Source of the DNA: Aquifex aeolicus VF5
GTDB lineage: Bacteria > Aquificota > Aquificia > Aquificales > Aquificaceae
DNA length: 32,000 bases
NCBI RefSeq assembly: GCF_000008625.1
Contig: NC_000918.1
Span: 1,080,001 to 1,112,000 of the forward strand
Reading direction: 5' to 3'
Shown: positions 7,910-16,690 of the stretch, one piece after another
Position numbering within the stretch: position 1 is the first letter of the stretch
Layout of the letters: the number at the start of each line of letters is the position of its first letter
Translations under genes and position numbers: made by a program
Notes under the pieces: generated by a model
Told to the model about the DNA's origin: nothing
The model's database searches: none
What the model saw: the letters and a program-made list of their open reading frames with translations, nothing else

Positions 7910-8415
7910 GGCTCTTATTGATTTTTGTACTCATACTCTCCTGCGTCCCTAAGCAGGAACACCCTTTAATGCACAACTTGGAACCGAGCGGAGAGGCTGA
8001 TTTTAAGGTGATTGAACTCCGTGTTCCCGAGTATCTGGATACGGAAAGGATAATGTATAAAACTGACAAAGGATTTTACTACTTTGCAAAGAATGTATGG
8101 GTTTGTGAACTCTCCTGTGTTCTTGAAAACTACTTCAAAAAAGCCCAAGGTGGAGAAGAAAAGGTTTACCTTGAGGTTCTGGACTTTTACCCTGTGTTTA
8201 CGGGAAAGAAAGAAGGGTACGTTTACCTGAGGGCTAGAGTTGACCGAAAAAAAGAGTACGTCTACAAAATTCCCTTTAAAGTAAGGAGTTTTGAAGAAAT
8301 TATTTTAAAGATGAACGAGGCTGTGAACAGACTTCTGGAGGATGTAAACAAATACGTTCAGATAACCACGAGTTCTAAATCTATTTCGGATAGCGGCTTA
8401 CCAACTCCTCCCTGA
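7903..8415 (+). CDS. Lipoprotein, probable ABC-transport auxiliary component (DUF330 / PqiC-YmbA-like)
   Basis: Signal peptide plus lipobox MVRLLLIFVLILS-C (Cys codon 7942-7944). The size and position directly after an MCE gene are typical of the auxiliary lipoprotein family. It overlaps mlaD by 7 nt, and its last 58 nt overlap the convergent peptidase gene. Confidence 0.6.
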   Translation: MVRLLLIFVLILSCVPKQEHPLMHNLEPSGEADFKVIELRVPEYLDTERIMYKTDKGFYYFAKNVWVCELSCVLENYFKKAQGGEEKVYLEVLDFYPVFTGKKEGYVYLRARVDRKKEYVYKIPFKVRSFEEIILKMNEAVNRLLEDVNKYVQITTSSKSISDSGLPTPP

Positions 8416-9422
8416 ACAGCAACTATATTTTCCAACCTCACCCCAAACTTACCGGGAAGGTATATCCCCGGCTCTATCGTAAAGACCATTCCCTCCTCTA
8501 TGGGCGTTTTTGCGTCGTCTCCCTTGTAGTAAACTCTCGGAAACTCGTGTATCTCCACACCTACACCGTGACCCGTAGAGTGGGTAAAGAACTGCCCGTA
8601 TCCCTTCTTCTCTATATACTCCCTTGCGGCCCTGTCAACGTCTCCAACAGTATTCCCAACTTTTGCCTTCTCAAGAGCTCTCAGGTGTGCTTCCTTCACT
8701 ATTTCGTAAACCTTTCTGAACTCTTCGGAAGGCTTTCCTATGTGAAAAGTTCTAGTGAAGTCCGTGCAATACCCCTCCCAGAGAAGACCCATGTCTATCA
8801 AGAGTGGAGCGTTCTCCTTTATTTTTTCCCTTGAGCTTTCCCAGTGGGGAACCGCTGAGTGTTCACCGCTTGCGACTATCGCCGGGAAGCTTTCACCTTC
8901 TCCGTTTTTCTCAAAAATCTTACTAACTATAAATCCCCTGACCTGGAGTTCCGTCATTCCCGGCTTTACGAAATTTAAAAGTTCCCTGTAAATCTTATCG
9001 CTTTTCCTTACACCCTCCTTCATTATGCTTATCTCTTCTTTAGTTTTCAAAACCCTTACGTTCTTCAGGAAGTTTGAGAAACCCACCCACCTTATGTGCT
9101 TGGATTTCAGGTGTTTCTTGAAAGTGCAGCTTACCCTGTCCTCTTCGTAGCCCACGTATTTTAGTCCCTTCTCCCTTAGAAAATTCTTTACGGACTTAAA
9201 GAGGTTTCCCTTTATGAGTACAACTTCCCAGTCTTTTAATTGATTTTTCGCCCTTTCGTAGTACCTTGCGTCAGTGAGGAGGTACTTCTCCTGCGGGGTA
9301 ATTACAGCGTACGCGTTTGTGGAGCGAAAACGTGAAAGGTAGAAAACGTTGGGTTGAGAGGAGAACATGAAGGCGTCGAGATTTTTTTCCTTTATGAGTT
9401 CTTGGACCTCCTTTACCTTCAT
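8358..9422 (-). CDS. M24B metallopeptidase (Xaa-Pro aminopeptidase/dipeptidase)
   Basis: Creatinase-like N-domain plus pita-bread fold motifs: LLIDMGLLWEGYCTDFTRTF, HSTGHGVGVEIHEFP, VFTIEPGIY and RLENIV. Confidence 0.85.
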   Translation of the reverse strand: MKVKEVQELIKEKNLDAFMFSSQPNVFYLSRFRSTNAYAVITPQEKYLLTDARYYERAKNQLKDWEVVLIKGNLFKSVKNFLREKGLKYVGYEEDRVSCTFKKHLKSKHIRWVGFSNFLKNVRVLKTKEEISIMKEGVRKSDKIYRELLNFVKPGMTELQVRGFIVSKIFEKNGEGESFPAIVASGEHSAVPHWESSREKIKENAPLLIDMGLLWEGYCTDFTRTFHIGKPSEEFRKVYEIVKEAHLRALEKAKVGNTVGDVDRAAREYIEKKGYGQFFTHSTGHGVGVEIHEFPRVYYKGDDAKTPIEEGMVFTIEPGIYLPGKFGVRLENIVAVQGGVGKPLSEIDLELVVI

Positions 9423-9423
9423 T

Positions 9424-10719
9424 TTAGAACTCCACTACTTTTAAGATATCCTCCCAGAACTCGGGGTAAGACACGGTAACGCATTCGGGGTGGTCTATTA
9501 TAACTTCCTCTTCAACGACCAATCCGAGCACTGCAAAAGCCATCGCTATCCTGTGATCTTTGAAGGTTTCTATCACTCCTCCCTTTATCTCTTTAGTCCC
9601 GTGAATTGCAAAGCCGTCCTCAAATTCCTCAACCTGTACTCCGAGCTTCCTTAGGTTTGTGACTATAGCCTTTATCCTGTCACTTTCCTTGTACCTGAGT
9701 TCCTTCGCTCCCTTTACCTCCGATACTCCGTCTGCAAAAGCCATAAGAACCGCAAGGATGGGAATCTCGTCTATTAAAGTAGGTACTTCTTCAGGAGAAA
9801 CCTTTACGGGTTTTAAGTTATCAACGGGTCTTACTACAAGATCAGCCATAGGTTCGTTGGAAAGTTCCCTGTAGTTTTCAAAGGAAATATCCCCTCCCAT
9901 TTCTATGAGTTTTCTGTAAAATCCGTCACGGGTAGGATTCAGGAGAACTTCTTTTAGTCTTATCTCCCCTTCAGGAGCGAGCGTAGCGAGTGCCGCAAAG
10001 TACGCCGCAGAGGAGGGATCCGCAGGACAGTAAACTTCCGTTCCCTGAAGTTCCTGTCCTCCTTTTATTTTTACTATGTGTCCCCTTTCTTCAGGAATAG
10101 TTATCACTTCTGCTCCGAAGAGCTTTAACATTCTCTCTGTGTGATCACGAGAAAGGTAAGGTTCTACAACTTCGGTCATACCTTCGGCTCTCAGCCCCGC
10201 AAGCAGGAGGGCACTCTTTACTTGAGCTGAGGACTTTTTATTGAAGTAGGAAATTCCCTTTAAGTTTCCTCCCCTTATGGCTATCGGTAATTTATTCCCC
10301 TCCTCCCTTCCATCTATCTTAGCCCCCATCTCTCTCAAGGGCTCCACCACTCTCAGCATCGGTCTGTTTTTCAGGCTTTCGTCCCCCGTAAGGACGCTGA
10401 AGAAGGGCTGTGTAGAAAGTACACCGCTCATAATCCTCGCCGTAGTCCCAGAGTTTTTAGCGTCGAGTACGTCATGAGGTTCTAAAAAGGTGTAATTCCT
10501 TCCCTCAATTAAGACTTCTTCTTTTCCTTCCCTTACTTTTGTTCTGATGGCTTTCAGGATTTCTAAAGTGGCCAGTGTGTCTCCAGAGATTAGAGGTTTC
10601 CTTACTAGAGTTTCACCGCTTGCGAGTGCCCCCAGTATAAAAGCCCTGTGGGTTATGGACTTGTCGGAGGGAACTCTGAGTTCTCCTTTAACTCTCTTTA
10701 TTTTCTCGATTTTTTTCAT
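9424..10719 (-). CDS. aroA: 3-phosphoshikimate 1-carboxyvinyltransferase (EPSP synthase)
   Basis: VPSDKSITHRAFILGALA, NSGTTARIMSGVL, SSAQVKSALLLAGL, KESDRI and DHRIAMAFAVLGL. The stop lies 1 nt before the ATG of the peptidase gene. Confidence 0.95.
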   Translation of the reverse strand: MKKIEKIKRVKGELRVPSDKSITHRAFILGALASGETLVRKPLISGDTLATLEILKAIRTKVREGKEEVLIEGRNYTFLEPHDVLDAKNSGTTARIMSGVLSTQPFFSVLTGDESLKNRPMLRVVEPLREMGAKIDGREEGNKLPIAIRGGNLKGISYFNKKSSAQVKSALLLAGLRAEGMTEVVEPYLSRDHTERMLKLFGAEVITIPEERGHIVKIKGGQELQGTEVYCPADPSSAAYFAALATLAPEGEIRLKEVLLNPTRDGFYRKLIEMGGDISFENYRELSNEPMADLVVRPVDNLKPVKVSPEEVPTLIDEIPILAVLMAFADGVSEVKGAKELRYKESDRIKAIVTNLRKLGVQVEEFEDGFAIHGTKEIKGGVIETFKDHRIAMAFAVLGLVVEEEVIIDHPECVTVSYPEFWEDILKVVEF

Positions 10720-10756
10720 AGAAAAGATTTTACTCTTTCTCCGACTTCGAGTAATT

Positions 10757-11095
10757 TCACCTCTGTTCCTTTACCACCTCTTTTATCTTTACGCCTATCT
10801 TCCCGTCTATTATCACGAGTTCGCCCTTCGCTATCAACTTTCCGTTTACCTTTATGTCCACCAAGTCCTTTGGTTCCCTATCTATCTCTATCACAGAACC
10901 TATGCCCATGGCGAGGAGTTCCCCCAGGGTCTTGTTTGCCCTTCCCACTACAACTTCAACTTCAACGGGAATGTCTGAAAAGTGCTGGATTAACTCTATA
11001 ACGCTTACTTTTTTTTCCTCTTTCTTCTCTTCCCTTACTTCTTCCTGAGGCGTTTCCTTTTTCTCTTCCTGTATTTCTTTAGTTTGTTCCTCCAT
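10757..11095 (-). CDS. fliN: Flagellar motor switch protein FliN (SpoA domain) with a Glu/Lys-rich N-terminal tail
   Basis: [66 protein letters not shown] is a typical FliN/SpoA C-terminal domain. It overlaps the ispG 3' end by 17 nt. Confidence 0.85.
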
Positions 11096-12152
11096 CCTTT
11101 TCCATATTTTGTATTTCCTTTAATAGTTCGTCAACCATTTCGGACTCGTCAACCTTCTTTATTGGTTTCCCGTGTTTAAAGAGCCAAGCAAACCCCCTTC
11201 CGCAGGCAAGCCCTATATCCGCTTCCCTCGCTTCCCCTATTGCGTTCACCACACAACCCATAACCGCAACCTTCAAAGGAGTTTTAACGCCGGACAATTT
11301 TTCCTGAACTTCTTTCACCACTTTGGGAAGGTCAACCTCAATCCTTCCGCACGTAGGACAAGCGACTATTTCTACCCCCCTCCTTCTTAAACCCAGAGAT
11401 TTCAGTATCTCGTAAGCGGTTTCCACCTCCACCACTGGGTCGTCCGTTAAGGAAACCCTGACCGTATCACCTATACCCATGTAAAGGAGTATGCCTATGC
11501 CAACGGAAGATTTTATTATCCCCTTTGTTCCCATTCCTGCTTCTGTTATACCAATGTGGAGGGGAACGTCCGTTCTTTCCGCAAATATCAGGTTAGCCCT
11601 TACGTTTTGAAGGACGTCAGAACCCTTTATGGAAACCTTGTAATTCGTAAAGCCCCACTTCTCAAACTTTTCGGACCACCTGAGAGCACTTTCCGCAAGC
11701 GCTTCCGCAGAAGGGTAGCCATACTTTTCAAGCAAATCCTTCTCAAGAGAACCCGAGTTCACACCTATCCTTACAGCCACTCCTCTCCTCTTTGCCTCTT
11801 CCACTATTTCCCTGACTATTTCTTCCTTGCCTATATTTCCGGGATTTATCCTTATTCCGTGAACACCTTTTTCCATGGAAAGGAAAGCGTAGGAGGGAGC
11901 AAAGTGTATATCCGCAATAACGGGCATGGGACTCTTTTTCACAATTTCTTCAAGGGCTTCCACGTCTTCCTTGTGAGGCACAGCTACCCTCACAATTTCG
12001 CAACCAGCCTCGTAAAGTCTCTTTATTTGATTGAGTGTTGCCTCAACGTCGTGGGTTTTCGTAGAAGTCATGGATTGGACAACTATTGGAGCGTCTCCGC
12101 CTATCTTTACGTTTCCTACCCTTATCTGCCTCGTTTTGCGTTTTTGTATCAT
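11079..12152 (-). CDS. ispG: 4-hydroxy-3-methylbut-2-enyl diphosphate synthase (GcpE)
   Basis: [42 protein letters not shown] and the [4Fe-4S] ligand region ACPTCGR...[10 protein letters not shown]. The start is placed at ATG 12152 ([10 protein letters not shown]). The track extension to 12218 would run into the divergent gene and adds 22 non-conserved residues. Confidence 0.95.
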
Positions 12153-12188
12153 AAGTTTTAATATTATTTGAACCTGGAAAGGGGAAAC

Positions 12189-12740
12189 ATGCTTGAACTC
12201 AGGAGAAAGCTCTTTCACTTTTTGTCTATACTCCTCCTTATTATTCCCGTAAAGTTCTTCCCTTTCTGGCTAAACGTTTTTCTATTTTTATCAGCCATAC
12301 TTTTAAACCTTCTGATAATTTTCAGAGTATCTCCCTTTTACAATATCTTTGAAGTTTTTATAAAACTTTTTGAAAGGGAGAAAAATCTGGAAACTCCAGG
12401 AATTCAGTCCCTGTGGGCAATTCTCGGAGTATTTATTTCTTACTTACTTTTTGGAGAAAATGCGGTTGTAGGAATTGTGGTTCTCGCCCTGGGAGACGGT
12501 TTTTCTGGACTTGTTGGATATTACTTTGGCAGAAGAAAGCTCTTTTACAACCCAAAAAAGAGTTTAGAGGGAACCTTAGCCTTTTTCACGGCGTCCTTTT
12601 TGGGACTTTTGCTTTTTACCGACTTTTGTGAAGCCTTTGTTATTTCTCTTATATGTGCAGTTCTTGAAAGTCTCCCTCTCAAACTCGACGACAACTTTTA
12701 CATTCCCGTCTTGGCGAGCTTTCTCGGAGAGGTGTTATGA
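12189..12740 (+). CDS. Small integral membrane protein of the CTP-dependent polyprenol kinase / CdsA superfamily (dolichol/phytol-kinase-like)
   Basis: N-terminal RRKLFH, five or six hydrophobic segments, and LALGDGFSGLVGYYFGRRKLFYNPKKSLEGTLAFF (a GD..A..VG..FG...KS.EG-type motif). ATG 12189 is preceded by GGAAAGGGGA. The track start at 12168 is a TTG. Confidence 0.6.
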   Translation: MLELRRKLFHFLSILLLIIPVKFFPFWLNVFLFLSAILLNLLIIFRVSPFYNIFEVFIKLFEREKNLETPGIQSLWAILGVFISYLLFGENAVVGIVVLALGDGFSGLVGYYFGRRKLFYNPKKSLEGTLAFFTASFLGLLLFTDFCEAFVISLICAVLESLPLKLDDNFYIPVLASFLGEVL

Positions 12741-13675
12741 AGAAGGCGTTAATAGTGAGGCTTTCCTCCTTAGGAGACGTAGTTTTAACGTCTGTGGTAT
12801 TTGACCCTTTGTTAAAGGCAGGTTATAAACCCTACCTTCTTACATTTAAGCCCTACGATGAAGTATTTCAGGATGACGACAGAGTAGAGGTAATACCCGT
12901 AAGTAAAGAAAACTTTTTTAAAGAAATTGAAAAAATCCCGAAGGACTTTGACCTGAAGGTGGATCTCCACGGAAACTTAAAGACCTTCTTCCTCAGACTC
13001 TTCCTCGGAGGAAAGTGGAGGAAGTATAAAAAAGAAAGCATAAGGAGGAGACTTTCCGTTTACTTTAAACACTTCAGAAAACCCTTTTTCGTCCCCGAGG
13101 CTTACGTGAAGAGCTTACAAGGGATAATTGAGGTAAAAAATCCGAGACCCTTTATAAAAGTTTCCGAAGAAAGGATAAGAGAATTTAAGGATTTATACGG
13201 AAAATACGTGGTTATAGCCCCGGGAGCGAGGTACAAAAAGAAACGTTATCCTTACTTCAAAGAACTTTCTGAACTCTTCATAAAAGAAGGGATAAACGTA
13301 GTTATAGTGGGAGACGAAAAGGATCGGGAAATCAGCAAGGATTTTCCGGGCGTAAACCTGTGCGGAAAGCTTTCTTTGATAGATGTTCTTGGAGTAATTG
13401 GAGGAGCGGAACTCTTTGTGGGAAACGACAGCGGACTCCTTCACTGTGCTAGGGCGGTAAAGACAAAGGCTATTCAGATTTACGGAGGGACTCACCCTAC
13501 TCTGGGCTTTTCCCTTTACCCCGATGAGGGGAAGGTTGTCTGCAAGTGTCTTGATTGCCAGCCGTGTGATGTGCACGGTAAAGGAGTGTGTAAAATAGGG
13601 AATTACGAATGTCTTAATATTCCTCCTATAAAAATTTTTGAGTATGCTATAAACATTTTGAATACCAAGCCGTAA
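12737..13675 (+). CDS. Glycosyltransferase family 9 (LPS heptosyltransferase-like)
   Basis: KALIVRLSSLGDVVLTSVV N-terminus, VVIAPGARYKKKRYP, LFVGNDSGLLHCARAV and a C-terminal Cys cluster. ATGA overlap with the upstream gene. Confidence 0.85.
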   Translation: MKKALIVRLSSLGDVVLTSVVFDPLLKAGYKPYLLTFKPYDEVFQDDDRVEVIPVSKENFFKEIEKIPKDFDLKVDLHGNLKTFFLRLFLGGKWRKYKKESIRRRLSVYFKHFRKPFFVPEAYVKSLQGIIEVKNPRPFIKVSEERIREFKDLYGKYVVIAPGARYKKKRYPYFKELSELFIKEGINVVIVGDEKDREISKDFPGVNLCGKLSLIDVLGVIGGAELFVGNDSGLLHCARAVKTKAIQIYGGTHPTLGFSLYPDEGKVVCKCLDCQPCDVHGKGVCKIGNYECLNIPPIKIFEYAINILNTKP

Positions 13676-13714
13676 AATTAGGAAGAAATTTATAAATAAA
13701 AGGAGGTGGGAGAC

Positions 13715-15139
13715 ATGGGAATTCTGGAAACACTTGTTTTAAAAGAAAAAATAAACGGAACGGAGAAGGCGGTAATCTTCAGGGAGCTCATAAAGAAAGA
13801 AATGGAGCTTTTAAACGATTACTGCGCTAAAAATCACCTGTTCCCCAAGGATTACAGGATTGAGTTCTGTCACCTGCACAACATAAAAAAGGTAAACATA
13901 GCGAGGCTCCTCACTATTTTAAAGTACTACGACCCGAGGTTTATAGAAATACTAATGTCAACGGACCCGAAAGTCAGAACCTTCATTCAGTACTTTATGG
14001 AATTCCTAGAAAAACACCCATACTTTGAGGATGTCCTTGAGCCCCAGAACCTCTTTGGAAACTGGGACTACATAAGGTATAAGTTAAAGATACTCTTCCC
14101 GCAACTTACCTTTGAGGAAATAGACAGGTTTAAGTTCAAAAGGAAAGAGTTTATAAACTACGTTAAGGAAAAACTGGGAGAACCTGAGGAATTAATAGAG
14201 GATAAACTGAACCTGGCAACCTGGTACGAAAGTGTACCTTACCTGGAGCTTGAAAGTGAAATGACTCCCGGTGTGCATCCCGACCCCGTAATGACTCCTG
14301 AGGAGTGGAGCTTTATCAAGAGACACATAAAGGGAAGGAAAAACATAATAATAAGGGACCCCGACACGGGCAAAGAAAAGCTCGTTTACGTAGAAGTGGA
14401 TATACCCGACGAAGAGCTAGACAAGTACTACAAAAACAGGGAAGGTTTGAAGAAACTTCTCATGGAAAGGTACAACATAGACGAGTCCGGAGCGGAGCAG
14501 ATACTAAGAAAAGCTGGTTGGGAAGCTACTGGATGGCACATAGTTCCACCCGTCCACACTGACGTTGAAGTAGTTTACCCAGAAGAAGAAAAGAAAGAAG
14601 AGAAAAAGGTTGAAGTAAAAAGAGAACCCTTTGACATAATGGAGCTTGCTAAACACATAAGGTACCTCGGCGGAAGGGAACTAGAAATGCTCAACTACTA
14701 CGAACTCGTTCACGACAAGGTTCCCGAAATTCACGAGAAACTCCACATGTTCATGAGGACAAAGAGAAGACTTCTCGGAAAGCTGTTCGGAATATACTAC
14801 ACGGTGGACCCCGTAATGGCGGAAGCCATACTCATAAACGACCCCGAAAACATAGAACTGCTAAAAAGCCTTACTATTTCAACCGGTCTCAGGGACAAGA
14901 AGTTCTCAATCTACGACAGCAGTAAGGTCTGGAACGAAATAAAGAGAAGGGTAAGATTCATATTCCCAGAGGTAAGCGAAGAAGAAATAGAGAAGTTCAA
15001 AGGAAAGAGAAGCGAGTTCGTGACTTACCTCGCCCAAAAACTCGGAAAACCCGAGGAGTACATAGACGAAAGACTCGAAAGAGCAGGTTGGCTAAGGAGT
15101 GAAGAAATTCCCGCCTTCATCAGACACGTGGGACCTTAA
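13715..15139 (+). CDS. Hypothetical protein with an internal duplication and three YjbJ/CsbD-like repeats
   Basis: AGGAGGTG lies 6 nt before ATG 13715 (the track start 13706 is a GTG inside the SD). Repeats are at nt 14063-14224, 14306-14521 and 14930-15091. See the findings. Confidence 0.7.
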
Positions 15140-16104
15140 GAGAGTTCAGCTTTTAGTATGTCGTGCATGTGCAATATGCCTATGGGCTCGTTCTCTTCGT
15201 TTACAACTATTAAAACGGTTATGTTGTGATCTTCCATCTTCCTCAGTGCTTTTAACGCCAGTTCATCCGGCTTTATCGTTTTTGGGTTTTTTGTCATAAC
15301 GTCTTTTGCCCTTGTGTTTTCAAAACTCCCTCCCCTGTTTACAAACCTTCTTAAATCCCCATCCGTTATTATCCCGACGAGTTTTCCCTCTTCATTCACA
15401 ACCGCAGTAGCTCCGAACCCTTTTGCTGTCATCTCTATTATCGCTTCCTTCATGGATGTGTCTTCCTTTACTATTGGAACCTCTTCACCTGTGTGATATA
15501 AATCCTTCACAAGTCTGAGCTTCCTTCCGAGAGCGCCCGCCGGGTGTCTCTTTGCAAAGTCCTCCTGAGAGAAACCCTTTAACTTCATAAGGGTCATCGC
15601 AATGGCGTCTCCGAGTGCAAGGGTGACAGTGGAACTCACAGTAGGTGCGAGGTTAAAAGGGCACGCTTCCCTGTCAACGGGAATTTTCAAAACTACGTCG
15701 CTGTATTTTGCCAGTGAAGATTTCTCATTTCCCGTGATACCGATAACCGGGATGTTTAACGCCTTTGCGTACTGGAGAACGTAAAGTACCTCTGTACTTT
15801 CCCCGCTGTTTGATATTGCTATAAGGGCGTCCTTTGAGTCTAGGAGTCCCATGTCGCCGTGGAGGGCTTCCGCGGGGTGGAGGAAAACAGAAGGTGTTCC
15901 CGTACTTGAAAGCGTAGAGGATATCTTTCTCGCTATATGACCGGACTTTCCTATTCCCGTAAGAATAACTTTACCTTCACAATTCCTTAAAATCTCTACA
16001 GCTTTTGAAAAATTTTCGTCAAGGGAAGAGAGGAGCCTTTCAAGTCCCTTTATCTCTTCCCTTATAACTTCCCTTGCAAACTCCAATAAGTCTTTTTCTT
16101 CCAT
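15136..16104 (-). CDS. kdsD: Arabinose-5-phosphate isomerase (KdsD/GutQ/KpsF: SIS domain + two CBS domains)
   Basis: [48 protein letters not shown], and a CBS pair at the C-terminus ([35 protein letters not shown]). Confidence 0.9.
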
Positions 16105-16641
16105 TTACCCCTCTTTATTTTTCTTGTAATTTTCAATCCCTTTCTTTATCTCCTCTATGGCATCCTGAAGTCCTTTCCAGTTTTCCACTTTTACCCACTT
16201 TCCGGGTTCGAGTTCCTTGTAGTGTTCAAAGAAGTGTTTTATCTTCTCTCTGACTATTTCGGGGAGGTTATCCACTGTCTTAATGTTTGAGTAGGAGGGA
16301 TCCAGTTTTTCGTGAGGAACCGCTATTACCTTCGTGTCTATACCCGCCTCGTCCCTCATCTCGAGCATACCTATGGGTCTACACCTCATAACTGCTCCGG
16401 GAACTACGGGTTCTCTTGATATGACAAGAACGTCAACGGGGTCTCCGTCGTCGGCAAGCGTCTGGGGAACGAAACCGTAATTAAAGGGATAGTACATCGC
16501 CGTAAACAGGAAACGATCAACGAAAATAACTCCCGTATCTTTGTCAAGTTCGTACTTAACCGCACTTCCCTGAGGAATTTCAATTACGACGTAAATGTCT
16601 TCGGGCGGATTTTTCCCCGGCGGCAGCTGGTCGTAGCCCAT
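16105..16641 (-). CDS. ppa: Inorganic pyrophosphatase (family I)
   Basis: [39 protein letters not shown] and DTKVIAV. ATG 16641 is preceded by AAGGAGGTGAAAGG. The track start at 16659 is a TTG inside that SD region. Confidence 0.95.
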
Positions 16642-16681
16642 CCTTTCACCTCCTTGCAACAGTTAAAAATTTTACAATCAA

Positions 16682-16690
16682 ACTATACCA
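16682..16690 (-). promoter_or_regulatory. Candidate extended -10 element (TGgTATAgT) for ppa-kdsD
   Basis: The minus strand reads TGGTATAGT about 41 nt upstream of the ppa ATG, inside a 188-bp spacer. No convincing -35 was found. Confidence 0.3.

Noticed and set aside
10990-11075. Purine-rich tract encoding [21 protein letters not shown] in fliN. It resembles the tract at 14581-14620 encoding [12 protein letters not shown], so a dispersed repeat was considered.
   Set aside because: Both are in-frame Glu/Lys low-complexity linkers. The similarity is compositional (GAA/AAG runs), with no flanking shared sequence, so this is not a repeat element.
11556-12161. 201-aa + strand ORF
   Set aside because: It is antisense to ispG, whose identity is unambiguous. 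Its Phe/Tyr/His/Arg-rich translation is characteristic of the reverse complement of Glu/Lys-rich coding sequence.
12153-12218. 22-codon 5' extension of ispG, and the TTG 12168 start of the divergent gene
   Set aside because: The two extensions would overlap each other head to head. The conserved IspG N-terminus begins at [13 protein letters not shown] (ATG 12152), and the divergent gene has an SD-preceded ATG at 12189.
15136-15139. Convergent genes sharing the palindrome TTAA, giving overlapping TAA stops on both strands
   Set aside because: This is real but trivial, a consequence of genome compaction with no regulatory implication I can support.
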